Part shown: one piece after another, positions 17,757-27,015 of the stretch
Layout: every line of letters begins with the position of its first letter
How positions within the stretch are numbered: position 1 is the stretch's first letter
Assembly (NCBI GenBank): GCA_041562995.1
Contig: JBFFNX010000002.1
Coordinates: 1-44,205 of the forward strand
Origin: Desulfurivibrionaceae bacterium
GTDB taxonomy: Bacteria > Desulfobacterota > Desulfobulbia > Desulfobulbales > SURF-16
DNA: 44,205 nucleotides
Direction of reading: 5' to 3'
Made by a program: the position numbers and the translations under genes
The notes under the pieces: generated by a model
Seen by the model: the letters and a program-made list of their open reading frames with translations, nothing else
Database searches by the model: none
What the model was told of the DNA's origin: nothing

Positions 17757-19622
17757 GTGTCTAAAATAAAAATCCTCCCAGAGGATCTAGCCAATAAGAT
17801 AGCTGCTGGCGAGGTCGTTGAAAGACCGGCCTCGGTGGTGAAAGAATTTATTGAAAACGGCATTGATGCCAAGGCCTGCAATATTACCGTTGAGGTGGAG
17901 GGCGGCGGTACCCGCCTCCTGCGGGTCATCGACGACGGTGAGGGCATGGACTCTGATGATGTCCTGCTCTGCCTTGAACGGCATGCCACCAGTAAACTCA
18001 AAGAGGCGGCCGATTTAAACGCGATCACCACCTTGGGATTCCGGGGTGAAGCAGTGCCATCCATTGCCTCGGTATCAAGGCTTGTTATCACCTCTAAACG
18101 TCCTGGTGCCGAGCTTGGCACCTTGGCGGAGGTGCGCTATGGCCAGGTCAGAAAGGTCCACGACATGGGCTGCAGCCAGGGTACTGTCATGGAGGTCCGC
18201 GACCTCTTCGGCAATGTCCCTGCCCGCCGTAAATTCTTAAAGGCAAACCGTACTGAGCTTGCCCATGTTGAAGAAGTGGTGATCTGTGCGGCGCTTGCTC
18301 ATCCCGAAATAGGATTCCGGTACTCTTCCGATGGTCGGGAGGTCCTTTCCTTCGCCTGTGGTGACAGCCTTGAGCGGCGGGTGGCGGCGATTCTCAAACA
18401 GAGAGGTGATGGCAACCTCTTAGAAATTGCCTGGCAACACCAAGGTGCGGATGGTGAAATTGCTGTACACGGTTGGCTGCTCTCCCCTGAAGAGGCAGCT
18501 GGCTCTGCCGCCAGGTTACGCCTCTTTGTTTTGGGGCGCCCGGTGCGTGACCGTATGATAAACCACGCGGTAAGCGAAGGCGCCCACGGCTATTATATGA
18601 AGGGTCGTCGTCCTGCCGGTGTTATTATGGTCTCAACACCCCCTGGTGAGGTGGATGTCAATGTCCATCCCACCAAGCAGGAGATTCGTTTTCAGCGCTC
18701 AAATGCTATTCATCAGGCCGTGGTTGAGGCGGTTCGTAGAGGCCTGGAGAGATATCAGGGCCAGGTGAAAAAGGCCCTGTTCGGCTCCTTTCAGCCCGGG
18801 CCGCTACGTCCGGCCCCTCTTCAGACCAGAGAACCTCTGGTAAGCGGGCAAATGCAACCGTTGAAGCCCGCAGCTCTTTTCCCTCCGTCGCAAAAGGTGC
18901 CGGAGTCCCTTGATCAACAATCAGGAGAGGTCCAAGCCTGCCCAGCTAGCGATTTCAACCACCTGCCCTTCCTAGAGCCGGCCACTCAGGTGCTTGATGA
19001 GCGGCCTGAGGTCGCCAAGCCAGAGGCCGCTCTTCATTCAGCCCTTGGTCTTATTAGCTATATAGGTCAATATCAGGAGTCGTATATCCTTTGTGCCAGC
19101 AGTGCAGGGCTGGTGGTTATTGATCAGCATGCGGCCCATGAACGGCTTCTTTTTGAGAAGTTAAGAAGGCAGCTGGCAAGCCGGGCGGTTGCCAGGCAGG
19201 CCCTGCTCTTCCCTGAGATGGTGGAATGCACACCGGCCCAGGCCATCGCCCTGCATAAAAATCATGATGAAATTATGGAGATGGGGATGGAGGTCGCCGA
19301 GTTCGGGGGCGAGACCTTTGTTGTCAAGGCGGTTCCCTCCCTGCTCGCCCATCTCGGACCGCTGGAAATCTTTACCGGCATTATCGACAAATACGTGGCC
19401 CCTGATCTTCCCGCCTCGCGGGCCACTCGCATTGAAGATATTCTGGCCACCATGGCCTGCAAAGCTGCGGTGAAGGCGAATCATTCTCTGCTGCCCGAAG
19501 AAGGAGAGGCCCTTTTAGGGCAGATGCTGGCTGCTGATGTCTTTTCCCATTGCCCCCATGGCCGGCCTGTTTATCGTCTTTTCTCCCCGGATGAAGTGAA
19601 AAAATGGTTTAAGCGGACCTGA
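17757..19622 (+). CDS. mutL: DNA mismatch repair protein MutL
   Basis: 'LANKIAAGEVVERPASVVKEFIENGIDA', 'DDGEGM' and 'TLGFRGEA' form the GHKL N-terminus. GTG start. Confidence 0.95.
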   Translation: MSKIKILPEDLANKIAAGEVVERPASVVKEFIENGIDAKACNITVEVEGGGTRLLRVIDDGEGMDSDDVLLCLERHATSKLKEAADLNAITTLGFRGEAVPSIASVSRLVITSKRPGAELGTLAEVRYGQVRKVHDMGCSQGTVMEVRDLFGNVPARRKFLKANRTELAHVEEVVICAALAHPEIGFRYSSDGREVLSFACGDSLERRVAAILKQRGDGNLLEIAWQHQGADGEIAVHGWLLSPEEAAGSAARLRLFVLGRPVRDRMINHAVSEGAHGYYMKGRRPAGVIMVSTPPGEVDVNVHPTKQEIRFQRSNAIHQAVVEAVRRGLERYQGQVKKALFGSFQPGPLRPAPLQTREPLVSGQMQPLKPAALFPPSQKVPESLDQQSGEVQACPASDFNHLPFLEPATQVLDERPEVAKPEAALHSALGLISYIGQYQESYILCASSAGLVVIDQHAAHERLLFEKLRRQLASRAVARQALLFPEMVECTPAQAIALHKNHDEIMEMGMEVAEFGGETFVVKAVPSLLAHLGPLEIFTGIIDKYVAPDLPASRATRIEDILATMACKAAVKANHSLLPEEGEALLGQMLAADVFSHCPHGRPVYRLFSPDEVKKWFKRT

Positions 19623-19753
19623 TTGATTTGAGCGACTTGTCGGCAATAAGAGTCTTGAGAATGGAGAGGGCGGGTGAAAAAAGAAACTTTCTGCCAGCCA
19701 CGCGATATGTTAAAAACTGAGGAACAAATTACTTTTTAAAAAAGGATAACTCC

Positions 19754-20644
19754 ATGAGCCAATCTGTAACACAAACAAATTTGGAAAATTTAAAGCTTGT
19801 CAGCCGGGGCAAGGTTCGTGACTTGTATGAGGTTGACGACATGCTCCTGATGGTGGCCACTGATCGCATTTCCGCCTATGATGTGATCATGAACGAACCC
19901 ATTCCCAATAAGGGCCGGGTGCTTACCAAACTCTCCCTGTTTTGGTTCGATATGCTCGGCGATATCATTCCCCATCATCTGATCAGTGCAGATCCTGATG
20001 AGTATCCCGCCGCTTGTGCGCCATACAAGGATATTCTCCAAGGCCGTTCCATGCTGGTGAAAAAGGCGCAACCCTTGCCGGTGGAGTGTATTGTCCGGGG
20101 ATATATTTCCGGATCCTTCTGGAATGCGTACCAGAAAGACACCACGGTCTGCGGTTTTAAACTCCCTGCCGGTCTGCAGGAATCAGAGAAGTTCCCTCAG
20201 GTTCTTTTTACCCCTTCCACCAAGGCTGATCTGGGACTCCATGACGAAAATATCTCTGTGGCCCAGATGGAGAAACTGGTCGGCAAAGAAGAGACCGCTC
20301 AGATTGCCGACATCTGCGTGCGGCTCTATGAAAAGGCTGCTGACTATGCCCGGACTAAGGGCATTATTATTGCCGATACCAAATTTGAGTTGGGTTGGTT
20401 TGAGGGTAAACTCATGCTCATCGATGAGGTGCTGACCCCTGACAGCTCCCGCTTCTGGCCTGTGGATGATTACGTCATTGGCCGCGGTCAAGCAAGTTAC
20501 GATAAGCAGTTTCTTCGCGACTATCTCTCTGGTTTGGATTGGGATAAGACGCCTCCGGCCCCACCTCTGCCGGCCGAGATTCTTGAAAAAACAGGGGGGC
20601 GGTATCTTGAGGCCTTAGAGCGCATTACCGGTGCTGGTCTGTAA
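19754..20644 (+). CDS. purC: Phosphoribosylaminoimidazole-succinocarboxamide synthase
   Basis: '[26 protein letters not shown]' and 'IADTKFELG' are SAICAR synthase motifs. Confidence 0.95.
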   Translation: MSQSVTQTNLENLKLVSRGKVRDLYEVDDMLLMVATDRISAYDVIMNEPIPNKGRVLTKLSLFWFDMLGDIIPHHLISADPDEYPAACAPYKDILQGRSMLVKKAQPLPVECIVRGYISGSFWNAYQKDTTVCGFKLPAGLQESEKFPQVLFTPSTKADLGLHDENISVAQMEKLVGKEETAQIADICVRLYEKAADYARTKGIIIADTKFELGWFEGKLMLIDEVLTPDSSRFWPVDDYVIGRGQASYDKQFLRDYLSGLDWDKTPPAPPLPAEILEKTGGRYLEALERITGAGL

Positions 20645-20667
20645 ACTATTTTTCGTTATATCAACGA

Positions 20668-20704
20668 CAAAGGGGCGGCCTCATGGAGGCGGCCCCTTTT
20701 TTTG
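20668..20704 (+). terminator. Rho-independent terminator after purC
   Basis: GC-rich stem GGGGCGGCCTC / GAGGCGGCCCC with one mismatch, followed by T8. Confidence 0.7.
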
Positions 20705-20804
20705 TCTAGGGATCCTAACTTTAACTTTATTCAATGCGTATGGTTCTGTGATATGGTTTGAGGTACTTTTTCTTATCATCATTTAACCCGGTTAAAGGTT
20801 GGCC

Positions 20805-21482
20805 ATGGAAATTTCTATGAGAGCTGAGACAACAAGTGTGTTGATGCGCCCTGAACTTAAGGAAAATCGACCAAGAGATAAAGCGTCGCATTTTAAGATC
20901 GCCGAAACGCTCTCCGAGTTTGATGGTGCCTGCCGGTTGGTCCACGATCTCTATGTACGGGAGGGCTATATTGACCCTCAGCCCGGCGGGATGAGGGTGA
21001 CGCCGTTCAGTTTACTTTCTGCCACCAGAACTTTTATAGGGTGCGAAAAAAATAATATATTTTTAACCGTGACACTTTTTGGTGATTCCCCGCAGGGCTT
21101 GCCAATGGATAGCCTCTACAGGTCAGAGCTTGATATGCTCAGAAAAGAGGGCCGGAAAATTGCCGAGGTAGGAGCCCTTGCCGTTAAGTCCACCGCGAAA
21201 CTTACATTTCGCGATAAAGTCATGATGCTTTTTAGGATCGTCCTTCAGTATGCCTGGAGTGATATGCACTGTGATGATATTGTTATCGTCATTAATCCTA
21301 AACATCGCGGCTTTTATGAGAAGGTTTTATCTTTCAAGCAGATTGGGGGAGAAGAGGCCTATGAATATGTAAAGGGCAATCCTGCAATTGCCCTCCGGCT
21401 GGACCTGAAATGGGATAAGAGGAGATTCTTTTGGCTGGAGCGATTGTTGGGGGGTGACGAAAAAATGGCCAAGGCTATTTGA
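20805..21482 (+). CDS. FeeM-like N-acyl amino acid synthase (GNAT/LuxI-like fold acyltransferase)
   Basis: About 225 aa. By eye, 'FKIAETLSEFDGACRLVHDLYVREGY', 'GLPMDSLY...ELDMLRKEGRKIAEVGALAV' and 'IVIVINPKHRGFYEKVLSF' resemble the N-acyl amino acid synthase / exosortase-associated acyltransferase families. This has not been HMM-verified. The first ATG is at 20805; the ORF-track start at 20799 is a TTG. Confidence 0.55.
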   Translation: MEISMRAETTSVLMRPELKENRPRDKASHFKIAETLSEFDGACRLVHDLYVREGYIDPQPGGMRVTPFSLLSATRTFIGCEKNNIFLTVTLFGDSPQGLPMDSLYRSELDMLRKEGRKIAEVGALAVKSTAKLTFRDKVMMLFRIVLQYAWSDMHCDDIVIVINPKHRGFYEKVLSFKQIGGEEAYEYVKGNPAIALRLDLKWDKRRFFWLERLLGGDEKMAKAI

Positions 21483-21483
21483 C

Positions 21484-23025
21484 ATGAAGGATATGGCCCA
21501 AATGCTCCAGGAGGTGACAACCGTTCTTGGCCCTGAGGCTGTGGATATCAACAGCCAGAGACTCCAGGGGGAAATGGCAAATACCCTTGGTCTCAAAAGA
21601 GATATCGGGGCTATTTTTTATCCATCGACCACGGCAGATGTTCAAAAAATAATAAGAATCGCTGCTGAATATCACGTCGCACTCTATCCCATCAGTAGGG
21701 GGATGAATATCGGTTACGGTGATAAAATGCCGGCTGGTCAAGGGCAGGTTCTGGTCAATCTGGAAAGGATGAAGGCTATCCGGGAGTTTGATACCGAACT
21801 CGGCTCTGTCATTATTGAACCGGGCGTGACCCAGCAACAACTCTTTCAATATCTTACCGATCATAATCAGCCATTCTGGATGGACGCCACCGGCGCCGGA
21901 GTGGATGCCAGTATTATCGGCAATACCCTGGAAGGTGGATTTGGTCACACCCGCCTGGGAAATCATCGGGCTGAAATATCCGGGCTTGAGGTGGTTTTGG
22001 GTACCGGCGAGATTCTCGAAACAGGTGATTTTCCAGGCCTTGGTCCTGATTTGAGTGGGATTTTTGTCCAGTCAAATTTGGGTGTTGTCACGGCAATGAA
22101 GGTCAAACTTTTGCCGGTGCCCGAACATTATGAATCTTTTGTCGTAAAGGTTGATAATGATGGACTCCTCGAACCCCTTGTTGCCCAAATTAATAAATTG
22201 CGTGCCGAAAATGTGCTGACTTCCCTTGTCCATATTGCTAACGCTACAAGATCTCTTGTCACCACCCAAAACTTTCCTGAAGGATTTGCAAAGAATCGGG
22301 TCAGTTGTCCACAGGCCATGGCGTTAATGAACAAAGGGGCTCTCGTTAAAATAGGGTACTGGACGGCTATTGGCAGTCTGAGTGGCTCAAAACGTGTCGT
22401 TGCTGCCCACCGGAATATGTTGAAAAAAAGTTTCAAGAACATCGGCACGGTTAAATTTTTTACTGACAGCAAAATCAGCAGGGTGAAAAAAGTTCTTTCA
22501 TGGCCTCTATTCGGCAAGCTCATGCCGGTGGCCAGACTGCGAGCAAGCATGCAAACGTTAAAATACATACATGATCTCGGCAAAGGTATTCCGTCAAACA
22601 TGGCTGTGGATAATATAACCTGGAGGGTGAAAGACCAGAAGGACCTGGGCCTTGTCTGGCTGAGTCCTGCTGTGCCGTCAAGCCCCGCAAAGGTCCGGCA
22701 CATGTTGGACATTGTGGCCGGGGAATTTGCCGCCACTGATTTTGAGATGCCCGTGACCTTGACCTCGGTCACCGATGATAAAATGGTGGCTGTAATCAGT
22801 ATAATATTTGATAAAAATAAAGATGAAGATGTGGCCAAAGCACATGAGCTTTATTTTGCAGCCATGGCCAAGCTGAAACGAAATGGAATTCAACTGTACA
22901 GGTCTTCCATTCTCGCCATGAATGATGTCGATTACCCTCATCAGGGTAAAAAGGTCGTTTTCAGGCAGTTAAAAGACGTTTTGGATCCCCAGGGAATTAT
23001 CGCCCCTGGCCGCTATATTTCATGA
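21484..23025 (+). CDS. FAD-binding oxidoreductase, VAO/PCMH (4-phenol-oxidising) family
   Basis: 'ALYPISRGMNIGYGDKMPAGQGQVLVNLERMKAIREFD...IIEPGVTQQQLFQYL' aligns by eye with the PCMH/VAO FAD_binding_4 core. The C-terminal 'LYRSSILAMNDV...DPQGIIAPG' resembles VAO 'EYRTHLAFMDQI...DPNGIIAPG'. ATG 21484 sits 1 nt after the upstream stop; an alternative ATG at 21454 would overlap by 29 nt. Confidence 0.85.
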   Translation: MKDMAQMLQEVTTVLGPEAVDINSQRLQGEMANTLGLKRDIGAIFYPSTTADVQKIIRIAAEYHVALYPISRGMNIGYGDKMPAGQGQVLVNLERMKAIREFDTELGSVIIEPGVTQQQLFQYLTDHNQPFWMDATGAGVDASIIGNTLEGGFGHTRLGNHRAEISGLEVVLGTGEILETGDFPGLGPDLSGIFVQSNLGVVTAMKVKLLPVPEHYESFVVKVDNDGLLEPLVAQINKLRAENVLTSLVHIANATRSLVTTQNFPEGFAKNRVSCPQAMALMNKGALVKIGYWTAIGSLSGSKRVVAAHRNMLKKSFKNIGTVKFFTDSKISRVKKVLSWPLFGKLMPVARLRASMQTLKYIHDLGKGIPSNMAVDNITWRVKDQKDLGLVWLSPAVPSSPAKVRHMLDIVAGEFAATDFEMPVTLTSVTDDKMVAVISIIFDKNKDEDVAKAHELYFAAMAKLKRNGIQLYRSSILAMNDVDYPHQGKKVVFRQLKDVLDPQGIIAPGRYIS

Positions 23026-23254
23026 ATTTTCCAGGGCTACTCCCTCTGGCACCTCTTCTTCTCCTTTCCGAGTCTTCAAAATCATGTACATAATCTCTCA
23101 GCTGTTCGTCATGTTGCCACATGGCAAAGGGTGCTTATTGTCTTGTTGGGCTCAATAAACAAAAAAATGTTGGTCAAGCCACAAGACCCCTGGCTGCCGC
23201 AAAGGGGCCTGGTGGCTTTGTCGTCTCAACGTAGTTACCTGATAGAGGTAGTAC

Positions 23255-23857
23255 CTAGAAACTGTTGTATGTGATTATGTCATCCATTCCAAGTTGGCCG
23301 CCACGAGGCCAAGCCTCTTTGGTGCCTTTGCCGATGGCGACAAACATGGCAATGACATGGTCTTGGGGCAGGTTGATCAGTTTTCCCACCTCGTCAAAAT
23401 CAAAACCGTCCATGGGGCAGGACTCATAACCCATGCTCGTGGCCGCCAGCATCAGAGTCTGGGCAGCCATGCCACAGGAGCGCATGGCTTCATCTCGTTG
23501 GACCGTTGGTTTGTCTCGGTAATAGGCGTCAATGGCCGGCAGAATAAAGTCCTGGACTTCTTGAGGGGTATTTTGCCAGTAGCGGCCAGGATCTTTTTGC
23601 CAACTGCCCAGATCGGCGCAGAGAATCACAAAGAGCGAGGAGTCAGTTACCTGGGCTTGGTCCCAAGCGGCGGTTCTGATTTTTTGGCGTAAATCAGGGT
23701 CTTGAACCACGACAAAACGCCAATTCTGGATGTTGAAGGCGGTGGGAGAAAGCATGGCCAGGGACATGATCTTGTCAATTTCCCCTTCTGGCATGCGGTG
23801 TGATTGGTCATAATGCTTTACGGCCCGGCGTTTTTTAATAGCAGAGATAACGTCCAT
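23255..23857 (-). CDS. Nitroreductase-family flavoprotein
   Basis: 'MDVISAIKKRRAVKHYD' and 'LSPTAFNIQNWRFVVV' are typical of the family. Start chosen at 23857 because it has an AGGTGA SD. Confidence 0.88.
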   Translation of the reverse strand: MDVISAIKKRRAVKHYDQSHRMPEGEIDKIMSLAMLSPTAFNIQNWRFVVVQDPDLRQKIRTAAWDQAQVTDSSLFVILCADLGSWQKDPGRYWQNTPQEVQDFILPAIDAYYRDKPTVQRDEAMRSCGMAAQTLMLAATSMGYESCPMDGFDFDEVGKLINLPQDHVIAMFVAIGKGTKEAWPRGGQLGMDDIITYNSF

Positions 23858-24074
23858 GATGCTCACCTGAAGAGATTGATTGTTTATGGTATAAAGGAAC
23901 ATATTTTTTAAAGTGTAGGTGATGGCGGGATAATACTCAAGATAAGTGTATTATCTTGAGGTTGAAGAAGGTTTTTTACCGGGTATTTATTACCCCTGGT
24001 GGCACGGAAGGTATCCATCAGTGCTAACTCTATGCCTCAGCAGGCCAGGGTAATTAACACTTAAAGGTGGCTTT

Positions 24075-25025
24075 GTGGGACATCGAATATCTCTTGGCGC
24101 TGTTGTGGTGCCGATGGTGGCTTTCTGGCTGCTTTCCATAGCTGTCCCGGCATTTGCCTTTCTCTATGTGGAGGAGAATGCCCCCCTTCCCCATCTCCAG
24201 TTTCAAGAGGTGGTTTCTGGGAAAATGAAGGCCTTTGATGGGAGTATAAAACGACCACTTGTTCTCATTTTTTGGGGTGCGGATATTGATACTAAGAGAG
24301 AGCGGGCCATTGAGGTTCTTGGTTATATCCAGGAGGCCCGTGCCTTTTATCAAGAGAGAAATATTGAATTGGCTGCCGTTTTTGTCCAGCCGGAACAGGT
24401 ATCTTTGCTGAAAGAGGTTGTCGACCGGGTGCACCTTGATTTCCCAATCTATGTGGATAGTGAGAGTCAATCCTTTGAAAAATTAGGGGTGTATGTGATG
24501 CCTTCCATCCTCATTGTCAGTGAGGATGGTATTGTTCACAAGGGTTTGGGCTATACCCGTAATCTTGAGGATATCCTCCACGGTGAAATTAAAATCATGC
24601 TCCATGAAAAAACCAGAGAAGAGGTTAACTCTGAGTTGCATCCGGACATTGTTGAGAGGACCACGGCCCAGCGTCGGGCCCGCCTTGATTATAATTACGC
24701 CCTTAATCTTGTTCTGCGCCAGAAGCTTGATTTGGCCCTTGAAAAACTGGACATGGCCCTGGAGAAGGACCCGGAATTTCTCCCGGCCCTGGTTGAGAAA
24801 GGCTGTCTTTTGGTGAAAAAGGAAAAATTTCAGGAGGCTGCAGGGTTCCTTGAACGAAGTCTCGGCCTGGCCCCTGAATTTAAGCGGGCCTTAACCTGTA
24901 AGGACGAGCTCAAGGCTGCTGAGCGTCAGAAGGGGCAGGGGGCAAAGGCTCCCGGGAAATCAGATCCGGCTTCCTGGGGCTTTTTTGCGGATGATGGGGA
25001 GGAGGGGAGTGACTCCCCAGAATGA
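24075..25025 (+). CDS. Secreted TlpA-like thioredoxin-fold protein lacking CXXC, fused to a TPR-like C-terminal region
   Basis: A signal/anchor helix is followed by 'PLVLIFWGADIDTK', where redoxins carry FW..WCxxC, and by 'MPSILIVSEDGIV' (cis-Pro loop context). The C-terminus has 'YNYALNLVLRQKLDLALEKLDMALEKDPEF' TPR-like helices and an acidic tail. GTG start. Confidence 0.55.
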   Translation: MGHRISLGAVVVPMVAFWLLSIAVPAFAFLYVEENAPLPHLQFQEVVSGKMKAFDGSIKRPLVLIFWGADIDTKRERAIEVLGYIQEARAFYQERNIELAAVFVQPEQVSLLKEVVDRVHLDFPIYVDSESQSFEKLGVYVMPSILIVSEDGIVHKGLGYTRNLEDILHGEIKIMLHEKTREEVNSELHPDIVERTTAQRRARLDYNYALNLVLRQKLDLALEKLDMALEKDPEFLPALVEKGCLLVKKEKFQEAAGFLERSLGLAPEFKRALTCKDELKAAERQKGQGAKAPGKSDPASWGFFADDGEEGSDSPE

Positions 25026-25076
25026 TACCTCAGGCAATGAGGGGGCACGGCTTGTTGCCGATGTGGAAAGATGGGT

Positions 25077-25988
25077 TTAGAGGCCAGCTTCTTGCAACTC
25101 TGTGAGGAGTTCTTGCTGTTTTTTAGACAACTCTTTAGGGATCTCGATATTGATTTTCACCATGAGGTCGCCTTTAGGGCCTTTGGGGCCTTTCGGCAGA
25201 CCTTTCCCTTGAAGGCGGAGTTTGCCGCCAGCCTGCATGCCGGCCGGAATCTTGACATTAAGCTCTTTGCCGTCCAGGGTGGGCACGGCTATCTTTGTTC
25301 CCAGGGCCGCCTGGCTAAAGGGGATCTTTTTCTCGTAGATAAGGGTGCTGCCATCCTGTTGAAATAGGGCGTGGGGCTGGACGTTTACCTTGAGGTAAAG
25401 ATCGCCTGCCGGACCACCCATCTGGGAGGGGCCACCCTTACCGGAAACCCGGAGTTTTTTACCAGACTCGATACCTGCCGGGATTTTCACAGACACCCGG
25501 TCGTTGATATGGGCCAAGGCAATGGTCCTTTCCGTGCCGCTGGCAACTTCCTCCAGGGTAACCCAGAGCTCCATGATCATGTCTTGACCCTTCACCGCTT
25601 GCTGTTGAAAACCCCTGCTGCCGGCGCAACCGCTGGATTGGGAGAAAAAAGACTCAAAAGGGCTGCCGGAGCCGCCGGCCTGATTGAAACCACCGCCGAA
25701 ATTGATGCCAAACTCGCGGAAAATGGAGCCCAGGTCACTGCCCCGAAAGATGTCCTCCTGGGAATAGCGCTGGGAGAAGCCTGTCGAGCCGTAGGTGTCG
25801 TACTGTTTGCGTTTTTCCGGGTCGGAGAGCACGGCATAGGCCTCGTTGGCCTCTTTGAATTTTTCCTCTGCCGCCTTATCACCAGCGTTCTGATCAGGGT
25901 GGTACTTCATGGCCAATTTGCGATAGGCCTTTTTGATAGCAGCACTGTCGGCTGTTTTATCGACACCTAATATTTTATAATAATCCAT
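25077..25988 (-). CDS. cbpA: J-domain co-chaperone without zinc-finger (CbpA-like, class II DnaJ)
   Basis: 'DYYKILGV...[18 protein letters not shown]' contains the HPD motif. A G/F-rich linker and C-terminal substrate-binding repeats follow. There are no CXXCXGXG repeats. Confidence 0.85.
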   Translation of the reverse strand: MDYYKILGVDKTADSAAIKKAYRKLAMKYHPDQNAGDKAAEEKFKEANEAYAVLSDPEKRKQYDTYGSTGFSQRYSQEDIFRGSDLGSIFREFGINFGGGFNQAGGSGSPFESFFSQSSGCAGSRGFQQQAVKGQDMIMELWVTLEEVASGTERTIALAHINDRVSVKIPAGIESGKKLRVSGKGGPSQMGGPAGDLYLKVNVQPHALFQQDGSTLIYEKKIPFSQAALGTKIAVPTLDGKELNVKIPAGMQAGGKLRLQGKGLPKGPKGPKGDLMVKINIEIPKELSKKQQELLTELQEAGL

Positions 25989-26058
25989 GGGTTTTTCTAT
26001 TTTTTGTTACAGAAGGTTAAAACAGTAAATAAAGTCAGCAAGTTTTTGTAGTTTCATG

Positions 26059-26087
26059 ACTATAAGATTGGTTGCCTTCTTTGACAA
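26059..26087 (-). promoter_or_regulatory. Candidate sigma-70-type promoter for the J-protein gene
   Basis: On the minus strand: TTGTCA, 17-nt spacer, TATAGT. It lies about 70 nt upstream of the ATG at 25988. Confidence 0.35.
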
Positions 26088-26311
26088 GGATTAGCTGCAT
26101 TCTTGACCCTAAAAGAGTTTGGCCCAATCGTGGTTAAAGTGCAACAGAGAGTTCAGTACAGACCTGTCTGGATCAGATGTGTGATATTTCTGGTGGTCGG
26201 CGGTGGCTGGCTGGGCCCGTGAAATGATGATGTTTGTAGGGCGTGGATAATTTAGGATTTTGGGCCAAGGGTAACAAATTGAGGTACTCAAAAGCCATAA
26301 CCTGGCGAGGA

Positions 26312-26968
26312 TCAGGATGAAATTTTCTCCAACAGGTTGATTTCGCCGATAACAACAAGCACATCCCCTTCGCAAAGCGTGTCATCAGCCTTAGGGATAA
26401 AGGTGTATTCTCGTTCCCCCTTTCTTCGCGTGGCAATCACCTGGATGCGATACTGGTTGGTCAGGTTGAGCTCGCGGAGGGTTTTCCCTTGCCATTGCAG
26501 GATAATCATCTCTTTAACGACCATTTCCTTGTTAAAGGGGAAATGGTCGATAAAACCTGGGATGGTAATGCGGTTTGCCAGCTGTCTGGCCGCCATATGC
26601 TCAGGAATGACGACCTCATCAACACCGATTTTTTTCAGTAATTTTGCATGATCGCCATTGGTTGCTTTCACCCAGACCAAGGGGACGCCCAGTTCTTTAA
26701 GGTACATGGCAATCATGGCACTGCCAGCGATGGAATCACCAATGCTGATTAGGACGTGGCTGAGGTCGGCGATCCCCATCTGGACGAGGGCCTCTTTGTT
26801 GGTCGCATCCGCCTGTAGCACTTGGGTAAAGATGCTCTGGGCCTGGTGGACGTATTTGGGGTTTAGGTCGACACCAAGGACGTTCACACCGGCATTGGTC
26901 AAGACCTCGCCGAATTTATAACCAAATTTGCCAAGTCCGATGACACCGACCTGAATGAATTTTGTCAT
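26312..26968 (-). CDS. ktrA: K+ uptake system RCK/NAD-binding subunit (KtrA/TrkA-type)
   Basis: 'VGVIGLGKFGYKFGEVL' Rossmann motif, and a TrkA_N plus TrkA_C layout in about 218 aa. GGAGAA SD before ATG 26968. Confidence 0.88.
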   Translation of the reverse strand: MTKFIQVGVIGLGKFGYKFGEVLTNAGVNVLGVDLNPKYVHQAQSIFTQVLQADATNKEALVQMGIADLSHVLISIGDSIAGSAMIAMYLKELGVPLVWVKATNGDHAKLLKKIGVDEVVIPEHMAARQLANRITIPGFIDHFPFNKEMVVKEMIILQWQGKTLRELNLTNQYRIQVIATRRKGEREYTFIPKADDTLCEGDVLVVIGEINLLEKISS

Positions 26969-27015
26969 GGTAATTCTCCATGTATGTGTTCTTGCTCGCA
27001 AAGCAAAGTTTTACT

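Noticed and set aside
17735-18121. 128-aa minus-strand ORF
   Set aside because: It is antisense to mutL. The translation is Ser/Arg/Pro-rich and low complexity.
22128-22838. 236-aa minus-strand ORF
   Set aside because: It is antisense to the VAO/PCMH-type flavoprotein gene, with no motifs.
24054-24470. 138-aa minus-strand ORF overlapping the start of the TlpA-like gene
   Set aside because: The + strand frame gives a coherent signal peptide plus thioredoxin-fold plus TPR protein. The minus ORF has no features.
25371-25970. 199-aa plus-strand ORF
   Set aside because: It is antisense to the J-domain protein gene (clear HPD motif on the minus strand).
25989-26311. CIRCE or other heat-shock operator upstream of the J-protein gene
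   Set aside because: No TTAGCACTC-N9-GAGTGCTAA-like inverted repeat is present. Only a sigma-70-like -35/-10 pair was seen.
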